From contig JANPJS010000063.1 in NCBI GenBank assembly GCA_031425655.1, forward strand, positions 1-32,915: 32,915 bases of DNA. The letters run 5' to 3'. This DNA comes from Abditibacteriaceae bacterium (GTDB taxonomy: Bacteria > Armatimonadota > Abditibacteriia > Abditibacteriales > Abditibacteriaceae). The notes below the pieces were generated by a model. That model searched no databases. It saw nothing but the letters and a program-made list of their open reading frames with translations, and had not been told where the DNA came from. The position numbers were made by a program, and so were the translations under genes. This document shows positions 1 through 8,937 of the stretch, piece after piece. Numbering within the stretch: position 1 is the stretch's first letter; every line of letters begins with the position of its first letter.

Positions 1-140
1 TTACAATGAAGAGCGTCCCCATTCGAGTTTGGGCTATCAAACACCCGCCGAGTTTCGGCAGGCCTTCCTAAACGCCCAAGCCGAGTCAGACAAAGAAAAA
101 GACTAACCTTAAAACTGGATCAGAATTTGGGGGCAGGTCA
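1..140 (+). mobile_element. Right end of an IS3-family insertion sequence (truncated by the window start)
   Basis: Transposase C-terminal tail followed by CTGGATCAGAATTTGGGGGCAGGTCA, which ends in the CA-3' typical of IS3-family right ends (position 140). Confidence 0.85.
2..106 (+). CDS. IS3-family transposase (OrfB) C-terminal fragment, 5' partial
   Basis: The frame from position 2 reads YNEERPHSSLGYQTPAEFRQAFLNAQAESDKEKD*. YN..RPHSSLGY.TP.EF is the IS3 integrase-core C-terminal signature. Not in the ORF track. Confidence 0.9.
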   Translation, partial: YNEERPHSSLGYQTPAEFRQAFLNAQAESDKEKD

Positions 141-496
141 AGGCAAATTCAAGAAGCGCTGTCATTCTGAGTCCTGCCCATGATTCGTAGGCTAATGGCT
201 GCACCTGTCATAACCCCACCGCGTATGATGAGTAATTTATCTCTGATCGTTGAACCTATCTCCAAAAAACTTTTCGGTATCAGAACGAAATCGCAGGGGC
301 ACCGTCTTTGCAGCCGCACGTCCAAATGCTGACTCCGACGTGCAACGCAAATTTTAGCAACTGTCATAATGACGTATTCGGTAAAGTGGCGAGCTTGTTG
401 AAAGAGCAAAAGTGCGGAATCTATGGGGCAGCGGTTGATGCTGGAATGAGAAATTTTCTACTGAAGCCGGTCCCTCCCGCGAAAGAGGTTGAGGCC

Positions 497-1255
497 ATGA
501 GCAAGGATTTGAACGCTGAGATTCTGCGCAACTGGGATTCTCAGCCGAATGAAGTCACGGTGCGCAAAATTCAAGGCTTGGACGGGCGCGAGATGGTTCA
601 AATGCGCCTCGATTTAGGCGTGTTGCAAATGGAAATGGCAGGCCGTCCCGACGGCAAGCGTCCTCACGGCTACGAATCGCTGCTCGATTACCATCAAGAG
701 TTACTGCGCCAGCACCGCGCGCTTCACGGCGAGACCGACAACAGCTACGAAATCAGCGAAGACGATTGTGACGAAATGCGCCGCGAGGCCATGCAGTTTT
801 ACTACCGTTATCTGTCGTTGTTTCACTTGGGCGATTATTACGAAGTGATCCGCGACACCAGTCATAACGTGCAGCTTTTCGATTTGGTGCGCGACCACGC
901 CGTCGAGGAAAGCGACCGCATCTCGATGGAGCAGTTCCGCGCCTACGTTCTGATGATGAACGCGCGTGCCCGCGCCTGCATCGCTTTGGAGCGTCAGGAT
1001 TTCGACCGCGCGCTGGAACTTATTGATATGGGCATCGAGCAAATTCAAGAGTTTCTGTGTTCGGTCGGGCGCGAGGAACTGATGGAAAGCTGCCGCGAAG
1101 TGCAGTTCCTCGAAGAATGGAAAGAGCGCATCGTGAGCAAGCGCCCGCTTAGCGAAGAAGAACAGCTTCGTCAGGAATTGCGCAGCGCCGTCGAGCAGGA
1201 AGACTACGAATTGGCCGCGCAACTACGCGACCGCCTCAAAGCAATGGCGCACTAA
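497..1255 (+). CDS. UvrB/UvrC (UVR) motif-containing protein
   Basis: C-terminal LRQELRSAVEQEDYELAAQLRDRLK is a UVR motif. Start moved from 308 to ATG 497 (GAGG upstream). No helicase motifs, so it is not UvrB itself. Confidence 0.85.
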   Translation: MSKDLNAEILRNWDSQPNEVTVRKIQGLDGREMVQMRLDLGVLQMEMAGRPDGKRPHGYESLLDYHQELLRQHRALHGETDNSYEISEDDCDEMRREAMQFYYRYLSLFHLGDYYEVIRDTSHNVQLFDLVRDHAVEESDRISMEQFRAYVLMMNARARACIALERQDFDRALELIDMGIEQIQEFLCSVGREELMESCREVQFLEEWKERIVSKRPLSEEEQLRQELRSAVEQEDYELAAQLRDRLKAMAH

Positions 1256-1262
1256 ATTCGGC

Positions 1263-1308
1263 AAAAAACAAAAGCGCAGCGTAAATTCACGCTGCGCTTT
1301 TGTTTTTT
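1263..1308. terminator. Bidirectional rho-independent terminator
   Basis: AAAAAACAAAAGCGCAGCGT-aaattc-ACGCTGCGCTTTTGTTTTTT between convergent genes. Confidence 0.85.
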
Positions 1309-1388
1309 AGCTCGTCCCACTTTTGCGCAAATGTGATCGAAGCGTAAAATGGACGTTGGCGGCGAGTAGAGCCAGACCGGTGAAGCGC

Positions 1389-4091
1389 TTATTCGGGCAA
1401 TACAACGGCGAAAGCGCTGTTATCGGTGCGCAGATATTTTTGCGCAACGCGGCGCACATCGTCAATTGAGATGGCGTTGATGCGTGCGGCGTATTCGGAG
1501 TTGTTGCGATAACCCAAACCGAAAAGCTCATCGCCGACAGCAGTTTTGGCCTGCGCAGTATTGCCCTGATTGGCAATCGCCGACGCCGAAATCGCCATGC
1601 TTTTGGCGCGCTCCAATTCCTCGGCGGAAATGTCGGCATCGCGCACTTTTTGCACTTCTTCTCCGATGATTTTCTTGACTTCTTCGGCTTTATCTTTGGT
1701 GGAGCCGGCGTAAATCACGAACATTCCAGAATTGAGGCCGGGGGAATCGTAGGCGTGAACGTAATAAACCAGTTGGTTGTCGCGCAGGCGCGCGTGCAAA
1801 CGTCCGCCCGGCAAATTGGCGCCGGAAAGCGCAGCGTCTAACACATCGATGGCGTAGCGGTCTTCGCCTTTCACGTCAATGCCGGGATAACCGTAAAAAA
1901 GCACCGCTTGCGCGAGTCCCGGTTTACGCACTTCCTGAGCGGTAAATTGCGTCAATTCACTGGCGGGCGACGGCGCTAAAAGCGGCTTGGTGCTACGATT
2001 AAAGTCCTTGAATTGCTCCTGCACAGCGCGCTTGACTTCCCCAGCGTTCACATCGCCGTAAACAGCTAAGACGACCGAGCGCGGCTGCGCGATGGAATCC
2101 CAGAACTTCGCCAAATCCTGCGCCTTGATAGTTTGAACCGACGACGAAGTGCCGAGCGGCGAGCGTCCGTAAGGATGATTTCCGAAAAATGTGCGCCGTA
2201 AAAGCAACGAACCCGCACTTTCCGGGTCGTCCGTTTGCTGTTGAATGCCCGCCAAAACCTGCTGTTTGACGCGCGTTAAATCATCGTCCTTAAACGCCGG
2301 CTGCATGATCGCTTCGGCCACGAGTTGCAGACCGGTTTTCCAATCTTTGGCCAGCCATTGCGAATCCACGCTCCACGAATTGTAGCCGCTGGAAGAGCCG
2401 AACGAGCCGCCCAACGAATCTACTAAGGTCGAGATTTCTTGATACGAGCGTTTGCGCGTGCCGCGTGAAAGCATTTCTCCGGCAAGGTTGGCAAGGCCCG
2501 GTTTGAAGCCGGGTTCCAGACGCGCGCCGCCCAAACCTTGCGCGACAATCGAAACCGCACGCGCCGCGTGATTTTCGCGGATGATCAAACGCAATCCGTT
2601 GGGCAATGTGACCAGTTCGGGTGCTTTGGCGGCGGCGCGCGGCGCGGCTTGAATGATGCTTTCGCCCTGCCCTTTCGGCACCACCAACGCCGTCGTCATG
2701 CCCTCGCGCGTGATGTAGCGCTTGGCTGCAGATTGCACTTGATCGGCGGTCACGGCTTTGATGCGCGCTACGTAAGAGCGCGAAAACGACGGGTCGCCGG
2801 TGCCAAGTTCGTCATAAGCGATTTGCTCGGCTTGCTCTTCAACGTCTTGATTACTGAAAATAAAGGCGGCTTCGATCTGGCGTTTGGCCGTAGAAAGCTC
2901 TTCAGGCGTGACCTTTTCCGTCCACAGTTTCGCGGCTTCCTTCCAGATTGCAGCGCCGGCTTTCGCCTGATTCTGCGGCGGCATTTCGGCGCGAACCGCG
3001 AAAACTCCGGCGTTGTAATTGGGCGTCGAAGACCACGCCGAAACGCTCGAAACCAAATTCTCTTTTTCGCGCAGGACGCGCACCAGACGGCTGCTGTCGC
3101 CGCCGCCGAAAATCTGTGCCAGCACGTCCAAAGCGTAAAGATCAGGATGCTGAAGAGGAATCGTATGCCAGCCCATCATCAGATAGCTCTGGCCAATCTC
3201 TTTCTCGATTACGGCGCGGCGCCGCGCGGTCTGGCGCGCTTCAGAAGAGATGGCTGGACGCTTTGGCACGCCGCGTTTCCAGCCGGCAAACAATTTTTCG
3301 GCGAGCATGACGGCCCGCATCGCGTCCACATCGCCGGCGATTGAAATCACCGTATTATTGGGCGTGTAGTGGGTTTTGTAGTAGTTAACGATGTCCTGCG
3401 GCGTCAATTTGTCGAAGGTTTCGCGGTAGCCGATGACCGGATAGCGAACCGGATGCTCCGTGAACGCGGTTTCGTAAAACGCTTTATAAAGCGTGCGATC
3501 CGGGTCGTCTTCGCCCATGTTCATTTCGTTGTGAATCACGCCCTGCTGCACACCGACTTCCTTTGCGGGAAAGGTCGCGTTTTGCAATTGATCGGAAAGT
3601 AGATCAAGCGCCCTCTCGAAATACTGGGACGCCGTCGTCATGTGATAGGCCGTCACATCGTAGGAAGTGTAAGCGTTCGACTGGCCGCCGATGGCTTGCA
3701 CTTCGTCGTCCATTTGCTGCTTGGAGCGCGTTTTGGTGCCTTCACCTAAAACGTGCTCGAAGAGGTGTGAAATCCCGGAGCCGAGGTGCTCGCCTTCGTA
3801 AATAGAGCCGGTTTTCACGTAAGCGCGCACCGCCACGACGGGCGCGGCGTGGTTTTCCAGCACTAAAAGGGTGAGTCCGTTGGGCAAAGTGCGTTTGACC
3901 GGGACGGGCACGGATTCTCTGACCGGGGCTACAAAAAGCGAGGTTTTGACTTGCGGCTTCGGCGCCGGACGCAGCGTTTTAATGTCGAGAGGCTTGACTA
4001 AATCCTGAGCCGGAGCGGGCACCGCCACAAACGAAGCGGCGACCACCGAGGTCGCCGCGAGCATCAATAAAGACGATGGGTTTTTCTGCAT
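1389..4091 (-). CDS. Secreted M16-family (pitrilysin/insulinase) zinc peptidase, single chain with two halves
   Basis: Inverted zinc motif HLFEH and NAYTS in the N-half. The second half repeats TLPNGL without the HxxEH. Signal-peptide-like N-terminus from MQKN (ATG 4091). Confidence 0.92.
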   Translation of the reverse strand: MQKNPSSLLMLAATSVVAASFVAVPAPAQDLVKPLDIKTLRPAPKPQVKTSLFVAPVRESVPVPVKRTLPNGLTLLVLENHAAPVVAVRAYVKTGSIYEGEHLGSGISHLFEHVLGEGTKTRSKQQMDDEVQAIGGQSNAYTSYDVTAYHMTTASQYFERALDLLSDQLQNATFPAKEVGVQQGVIHNEMNMGEDDPDRTLYKAFYETAFTEHPVRYPVIGYRETFDKLTPQDIVNYYKTHYTPNNTVISIAGDVDAMRAVMLAEKLFAGWKRGVPKRPAISSEARQTARRRAVIEKEIGQSYLMMGWHTIPLQHPDLYALDVLAQIFGGGDSSRLVRVLREKENLVSSVSAWSSTPNYNAGVFAVRAEMPPQNQAKAGAAIWKEAAKLWTEKVTPEELSTAKRQIEAAFIFSNQDVEEQAEQIAYDELGTGDPSFSRSYVARIKAVTADQVQSAAKRYITREGMTTALVVPKGQGESIIQAAPRAAAKAPELVTLPNGLRLIIRENHAARAVSIVAQGLGGARLEPGFKPGLANLAGEMLSRGTRKRSYQEISTLVDSLGGSFGSSSGYNSWSVDSQWLAKDWKTGLQLVAEAIMQPAFKDDDLTRVKQQVLAGIQQQTDDPESAGSLLLRRTFFGNHPYGRSPLGTSSSVQTIKAQDLAKFWDSIAQPRSVVLAVYGDVNAGEVKRAVQEQFKDFNRSTKPLLAPSPASELTQFTAQEVRKPGLAQAVLFYGYPGIDVKGEDRYAIDVLDAALSGANLPGGRLHARLRDNQLVYYVHAYDSPGLNSGMFVIYAGSTKDKAEEVKKIIGEEVQKVRDADISAEELERAKSMAISASAIANQGNTAQAKTAVGDELFGLGYRNNSEYAARINAISIDDVRRVAQKYLRTDNSAFAVVLPE

Positions 4092-4108
4092 GATGATGGA
4101 AGAACGCA

Positions 4109-5728
4109 CTATTTTCTGGCGCGCTTTAGCCACCACGCGCCGCCAACTCCGACGATAAAAGCGCTGATAAGTGCCGTCAAAATCAGCGTTGCCTGCCCGC
4201 TTTGGCCATTCGGCGCAGCGGTAGCCGAAGCATTTTCCCCAATCGCATCGAGAACCTTGAACTCAGCCTTTGGCTCGGCATACCAGAACGCCACCCAACG
4301 ATAAATTAAGTCATCCGAGTTATTAGATTTTCCATGCTCGAAGTCGAAGCGCAGCGACTTTTTGAACGGCACGGCATCGGGAATCATCAGGCGATAAGCC
4401 GACACGCCCGGTGGCATTTCGCTTTTGAAGGTCATGCCGTGATAGGGAAACGAAAACGGCTGCTTGGGAAAATACCACGCCGAGCTAAAAAAGTCTTCGG
4501 TTCCCGTGCCCTCGAACGCTTCGCCGTCGGCGGTAATCGTTTCGTTGCCTTCGAGATAAGCAAACGTGCGCCGCCGTGAATCCGGCGCCGGCACGATAGA
4601 CAAATTCAGCCCACAAAACGCGCCTTTGCCGGTCACATCCAGCATCCGCACCGGCGTTTTAAGCTGCGTTCGCGTTGCGCCATAAACGGCATGAAAACGA
4701 TAGGGCGGCGCTGTTTTCAATTGAAAACTACGGATTTTGCTCTCGAACGCAACCGGAGCGCTGCCAGTGTTGACGAAAGTAATTTTCGCGCCTTTCGAGA
4801 ACGGCATCGGCCATTTTAGCACGGCGATTTTTCCGTCGAAATCGAAGCCTGCGCTTTGCGCTTTTTTCCCGCCGTCGAACAAGCTAAGTAGCGCGGAAAC
4901 CGGCGCATCAATGGCGTTCGCCGCAGCGCCGTCCCACGCCGCGCGCATTCGCAGCGATTTCACGTCGTCGGGTTTTTGCAACGTCAATTCCAAAGTTTTA
5001 ATTTGCCCAACGCCTTTCAAATCAATGACTTTTTCGGCGCCGGGCGCCAGCAAGTTGCTTAACGATTCGCTCAGCGGCTTGGGTAAAGGCGCTGTCCATG
5101 CGGGAGGATTTGGACGAATTGTAATCTGGTAGAAGAATTTATTTTCGTCCTTGCTGACGTTGGTTACAGCCAATTGCGGCGAGTTGCCACTTAGCGTATC
5201 GGTGGGTGCGAACTGTCCGTGTTTGTATTCGCTTCGCTTCTCAATTTCTGCGGGGTCTTCCTCAGGCGGCAATAACAAAAAGGCCTTTTGGTGAATCGAG
5301 ATGTGATTGTAAACGAATGGGCCAACCGATTGTATTTTTCCGTTTCGGGCCAGCAGCCATGGGGTTCCCAAATCATCGCTCAACAAGCGGGTTTCTATCT
5401 TTTCCGGCTCCAACGCCGTCCACCAAAGTCGCTCCAAACGCCCCGATGCCAGCGGGATTTTGCGCGTTTCGCCCGGTTTCAGCAGCAGATAATCTTCGTT
5501 TTCATGCTTCGGGTCGGTCGAAGCGAACCATTTATACGGCGGCGCATCGGGCGCAGAAAGCAGCGATTCGTTGGCGGCGAAGGCTTGCTTGGCGACTAAA
5601 GTCGCGGCAACAACGCAGCAAAGCCTGCCTGCGCAGGCTGAATTTCGAGATTTAGTCGCCGAAGGGCGACTTCGCTGAGTTGTTGCCGCGACTTTAGTCG
5701 CCAGGCCGCACTTAATAAATGGTGCCAT
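4109..5728 (-). CDS. DUF2961 (GH172-like) domain protein with N-terminal signal and C-terminal membrane anchor
   Basis: EGNE...GTGTEDFFSSAWYF, SAYR...PFKKSLRFDFEHG and VAFWY motifs. C-terminal TM segment with a KRARK tail. GGAGG lies 8 nt before ATG 5728. Confidence 0.8.
   Translation of the reverse strand: MAPFIKCGLATKVAATTQRSRPSATKSRNSACAGRLCCVVAATLVAKQAFAANESLLSAPDAPPYKWFASTDPKHENEDYLLLKPGETRKIPLASGRLERLWWTALEPEKIETRLLSDDLGTPWLLARNGKIQSVGPFVYNHISIHQKAFLLLPPEEDPAEIEKRSEYKHGQFAPTDTLSGNSPQLAVTNVSKDENKFFYQITIRPNPPAWTAPLPKPLSESLSNLLAPGAEKVIDLKGVGQIKTLELTLQKPDDVKSLRMRAAWDGAAANAIDAPVSALLSLFDGGKKAQSAGFDFDGKIAVLKWPMPFSKGAKITFVNTGSAPVAFESKIRSFQLKTAPPYRFHAVYGATRTQLKTPVRMLDVTGKGAFCGLNLSIVPAPDSRRRTFAYLEGNETITADGEAFEGTGTEDFFSSAWYFPKQPFSFPYHGMTFKSEMPPGVSAYRLMIPDAVPFKKSLRFDFEHGKSNNSDDLIYRWVAFWYAEPKAEFKVLDAIGENASATAAPNGQSGQATLILTALISAFIVGVGGAWWLKRARK
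5590..5703. repeat. 114-bp palindromic element inside the 5' end of the DUF2961 ORF
   Basis: Perfect ~25-bp terminal inverted repeat TGGCGACTAAAGTCGCGGCAACAAC, with internal hairpins AGCCTGCCTGCGCAGGCT and AGTCGCCGAAGGGCGACT. Confidence 0.9.
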
Positions 5729-6086
5729 CGTCGCCGCCTCCGCTTAAGCCGCCCATCGCGTCGGCATCGCCGCGCGATTCGGCTTCGATCAGTTCTTCCA
5801 TTTCGTCGCTCATGTCTTCGCCCGTTTCAGCGCCCATTTCGCGGCCCATTTCGCGCGCGAAACGCCGAAGATCGCGCGGATCGTCCATATCGGCGTTTTC
5901 GAGGCGGTCGGCGAGAACATCCATGCGCTCGTCGTCGTTGCGACCGTGCGCCACGCGCGAAATCAGCTTTTTAAGCTGCGTCGAAGCGCAACGCGGGCAC
6001 GCCGGCGCGGAGTTTTCGGCAATCACGCCGGTTAAAAAGGTGAATCGTTTTCGGCAATCGAGGCAGCGAAATTCAAAAAGTGGCAT
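5712..6086 (-). CDS. FmdB-family zinc-ribbon protein
   Basis: MPLFEFRCLDC...CPRCAS..LKKLIS pattern with an acidic helical C-terminus. Confidence 0.88.
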   Translation of the reverse strand: MPLFEFRCLDCRKRFTFLTGVIAENSAPACPRCASTQLKKLISRVAHGRNDDERMDVLADRLENADMDDPRDLRRFAREMGREMGAETGEDMSDEMEELIEAESRGDADAMGGLSGGGDDGTIY

Positions 6087-6096
6087 TGATTTTATT

Positions 6097-6205
6097 TCTC
6101 TCGCAAAGACGCAAAGTCGCCAAGAAATTTCAGGTGATTTCGTGAGTCACACTTTGTCATCCTTAGAATCTTGTCTTCTTGGCGACTTTGCGTCTTTGCG
6201 AGAGA
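6097..6205. repeat. Intergenic inverted repeat (CGCAAAG-type family)
   Basis: Perfect 30-bp arms TCTCTCGCAAAGACGCAAAGTCGCCAAGAA at 6097-6126 and 6176-6205. Confidence 0.9.
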
Positions 6206-7264
6206 TCAAACTTTCCAAATAGTCTCGCGCTCGGTTTTGGTTTCCTCGAAAACATGGCGCAGAATCGCTTCCGATTCAGGACGCAAAACCGCATTGCGGC
6301 GCGCGAGCGTGGCGTAAACGGTTTTCAGGCAACTATCGAAACGATATTCCTGCCAACCTGCGGCACCGCCCCAACTGAAACTGGGAATATATTTGGGCGC
6401 CACGCCGCCGCCGAAGATGTTGCAACAGGCGCCGATGTGGCTGCCCGTGGTGAGATATTGGCCGATGCCGATTTTGGTGTGATCGCCGATGAGTGAACCC
6501 AAAAACTGCACGCCGGTTTCCACGAAGTTTTGTGAATCACGCTGAAAACGAATCGGGCCGTAAGTGTTTTTCAGATTGCTGGTCGTGGCGCCCGCGCCGA
6601 AATTCACCCAACGGCTGGCCCAGGTGTGGCCGACGAAACCGTCGTGCGCTTTATTGACGCGACTTTGAAAAATCGTCGCCGAAACCTCGCCGCCGACTTT
6701 GCAATACGGCCCCAGCGAAGTGCCGGGACGCAATCGTGCGCCGTCTATCACGCATCCGGCGCCGATGAAAACCGGCCCCTGAATTTGCGACCATTTGACT
6801 TGCGCGCCGGCGGCGATCATAATCGGGCCGCCGGTGACATCCAACACGCAGCCGGGCTGCACGCCGCCGCCCTGCCCGATGTGAATTTGGTGCGAATCGC
6901 CGACAATATGCACGCCGCGCAGCGAAAGCGCACCGCGAATATTACGATGCAAGCCGCGCCAAAATTCAAAATCCGATGCGATAAATTTATCGCTCTGACC
7001 GAGAATCTCCCACGGAGTCGCAGCGGGCAATCCCGGCATGGTTTCGCGCTCGTCCACGTCTTCGATGTCTTCGTTGACCTTTAAGCCGGTGCGAGCGCGC
7101 AAATACGGCGCGAGATGCGGTCGGCAGCGCAAAGCCACGTCCGGCGTGCGTAAAAGGGCGCGATCCAGCGGGCACAGCGCGCCGTAGCGCAACTCAAAGG
7201 TGGCGCGCGTGAGTGCCATCGGAAGAAAGTTTTCGACGTTCTCTTCAACGAGAAGCAATTTCAT
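6206..7264 (-). CDS. GlmU-related putative sugar nucleotidyl/acyltransferase with left-handed beta-helix
   Basis: N-terminal FLPMALTRATFELRYG, then hexapeptide repeats, NKAHDGFVGH, WVNFGAGATTSNLKNTYG and PKYIPSFSWG. Start set to ATG 7264; the upstream extension of the ORF is translated repeat DNA. Confidence 0.82.
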   Translation of the reverse strand: MKLLLVEENVENFLPMALTRATFELRYGALCPLDRALLRTPDVALRCRPHLAPYLRARTGLKVNEDIEDVDERETMPGLPAATPWEILGQSDKFIASDFEFWRGLHRNIRGALSLRGVHIVGDSHQIHIGQGGGVQPGCVLDVTGGPIMIAAGAQVKWSQIQGPVFIGAGCVIDGARLRPGTSLGPYCKVGGEVSATIFQSRVNKAHDGFVGHTWASRWVNFGAGATTSNLKNTYGPIRFQRDSQNFVETGVQFLGSLIGDHTKIGIGQYLTTGSHIGACCNIFGGGVAPKYIPSFSWGGAAGWQEYRFDSCLKTVYATLARRNAVLRPESEAILRHVFEETKTERETIWKV

Positions 7265-7269
7265 GGGAA

Positions 7270-7329
7270 TGACGAGTGACGAGTGACGAGTGACGAGTAT
7301 TCCACACTCGAAATTCGTCACTCGTCACT
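7270..7329. repeat. Heptamer (TGACGAG)n tandem repeat with an inverted partner
   Basis: TGACGAG x4 followed by TCGTCACTCGTCAC. Confidence 0.85.
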
Positions 7330-7978
7330 AATGAATGATGCGTGGGCCGCTCATCGGGCCGGGGCCGGACAATGGCGTGCCGGTGATGGACGTGAAATTT
7401 ACGCGCAGATCGTTGAGAACGCGCTCGAATTCGCGCGTCGAAGCCGGATCGAGCGAAGCGCGCACGACTTGCAACATAGCGCTGTAAGCGTCAATGGCGA
7501 GGCGGGCCTGCGCGTCGTTGCGCGCGATAAGGCGTGTGTAGGGATTGGGCATTAATCCCAGATGAACCGCGGCGCGGGCGCTGAGTTCGGCCATCAATTG
7601 CAAAAGCACCGGGCCGACTTCGAGCGAAGCTGCCGATTGCGCCTGACGCTCCATTTCGGCGCGCACTGTGTCTTTTTCCTGCGCCGTCAGCGGACGACCC
7701 ATGCGCCTCTCGATCTCGCCGAACTGCTCGCTTTCGAGTTCCTCACGAAGCTGTTCGGCTTCTTCTTCGGAGAGTTCGTCGTCCATGATTTCGTCATCCA
7801 TTTGTTCAATCGGCGCGTTGCTTTGCGACGGCGCCGGCTGGCCGCCGCCGATGATTTCCAACTTGGGCGGCGCGCTTTCCGGCTCTTTTGCCGGCGCGGT
7901 TCCGGCGCGGTCTTCGTCGCTGAGCATACGGCGGTCTACAATGCGGATTTTTGGTTCTTCGTCACGTTCGTCAGCCAT
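7328..7978 (-). CDS. DUF1844 domain protein
   Basis: N-terminal KIRIVDRR and C-terminal AAVHLGLMPNP...QARLAID...LNDLRVNF match DUF1844. Confidence 0.75.
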   Translation of the reverse strand: MADERDEEPKIRIVDRRMLSDEDRAGTAPAKEPESAPPKLEIIGGGQPAPSQSNAPIEQMDDEIMDDELSEEEAEQLREELESEQFGEIERRMGRPLTAQEKDTVRAEMERQAQSAASLEVGPVLLQLMAELSARAAVHLGLMPNPYTRLIARNDAQARLAIDAYSAMLQVVRASLDPASTREFERVLNDLRVNFTSITGTPLSGPGPMSGPRIIH

Positions 7979-8001
7979 AAAAATTTCCTTTTTACTTTCA
8001 A

Positions 8002-8245
8002 CTCATGTTACGCAGTAGGATGTGATAGGGCAGAAGAGCGGCTTTGCCGCTCGTGAAAACCCCCAACCCCCTTGGTAAGGGGGCTATGTTCTTACGCTTA
8101 TGAACAAGAATAACGTAATTCCAGTAAAAAAGCGTCTTCGTTTAGCCCCCTTACCAAGGGCGGGCGCCCTCTGGGCAGGTGGGGTTTTCACGAGCGGCAA
8201 AGCCGCTCTTTGCACCGCCTAACACTCCTCACTGCGTAAGGTGAA
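8002..8245. mobile_element. MITE-like long palindrome, copy 1
   Basis: Ends CTCATGTTACGCAGT and ACTGCGTAAGGTGAA. Inner arms AAGAGCGGCTTTGCCGCTCGTGAAAACCCC...CTTGGTAAGGGGGCTA. Homologous to 11678-11881. Confidence 0.75.
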
Positions 8246-8249
8246 TCAA

Positions 8250-8852
8250 CTAATTTTCCAGCACCCGCGCCAACTCATCGAGTTGGCGGGCGAAAGTTTC
8301 ATCGTCCAGCACCGGCGCGCTGTTTACCGGTAGCGGTTCCGGCAAGTCAATCCATGAGCGGCAGCCGAGAAATTCCGGGCGCATCGTCACCAAATTCGGC
8401 TTCTCGCAGCGAAACACGCGCAAGGCCACGACTAACAAAGGATGCTGCGGTTTGTAATCGAGGCGCAAATTCAGATAATCATCGCCGTAAATGTGCGGCG
8501 CGTGGCGCAGCTTGTCGAAATTTGTCGCGTCGCCGGACGGCAAGGCCCAGACACGCTCGGCTCGCGCATAAAGCTCCAACGCAATAAAATCGAGGTTTTC
8601 GCCGTCTAAACGCGATTCTTCAACTAAATTAAATAAATCGCGATGCTGTGGCTTGACGCGCTCTTCGCTTTGATGCTCGTAAGTAGGTTGCAGCCAAAAT
8701 GTCTGATGCTCCAAAGCGAAAACGCCATAATCGTCGGCGATGCCGCCTTTACGCAGTAGCAAAATCTGACGGCCTTCGCGCAAGGCGCGGCACGTCACCG
8801 CCCATTCTTTTAAAGCGGCGGCGCAATTTGTTTCTTTTTCCAGTGTGGACAT
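8250..8852 (-). CDS. DUF1802 family protein
   Basis: ALKEWAVTCRALREGRQILLLRKGGI, FWLQPTYEHQ and GCRSWIDL. Start at ATG 8852 with GAGG upstream. Confidence 0.88.
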   Translation of the reverse strand: MSTLEKETNCAAALKEWAVTCRALREGRQILLLRKGGIADDYGVFALEHQTFWLQPTYEHQSEERVKPQHRDLFNLVEESRLDGENLDFIALELYARAERVWALPSGDATNFDKLRHAPHIYGDDYLNLRLDYKPQHPLLVVALRVFRCEKPNLVTMRPEFLGCRSWIDLPEPLPVNSAPVLDDETFARQLDELARVLEN

Positions 8853-8894
8853 CGCCTCTGAGTTTGCGGGATGAGCCAGCGTGGGGCAAGCAGC

Positions 8895-8926
8895 GAAAAG
8901 GGCACGCCGCGCGGCGTGCCCTTTTC
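8895..8926. terminator. Perfect 32-bp palindrome, probable terminator or REP downstream of the VIT/vWA gene
   Basis: GAAAAGGGCACGCCGCGCGGCGTGCCCTTTTC is its own reverse complement. Confidence 0.7.
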
Positions 8927-8937
8927 TTGACCGATGC

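Noticed and set aside
149..409. 86-aa minus-strand ORF beside the IS end
   Set aside because: No motif or RBS support.
7265..7321. N-terminal extension of the GlmU-like ORF (likewise 20760-20816, 21942-21968, 8853-8972 and 308-496)
   Set aside because: These are translations of intergenic or repeat DNA. Better starts exist downstream, at the family-typical N-termini.
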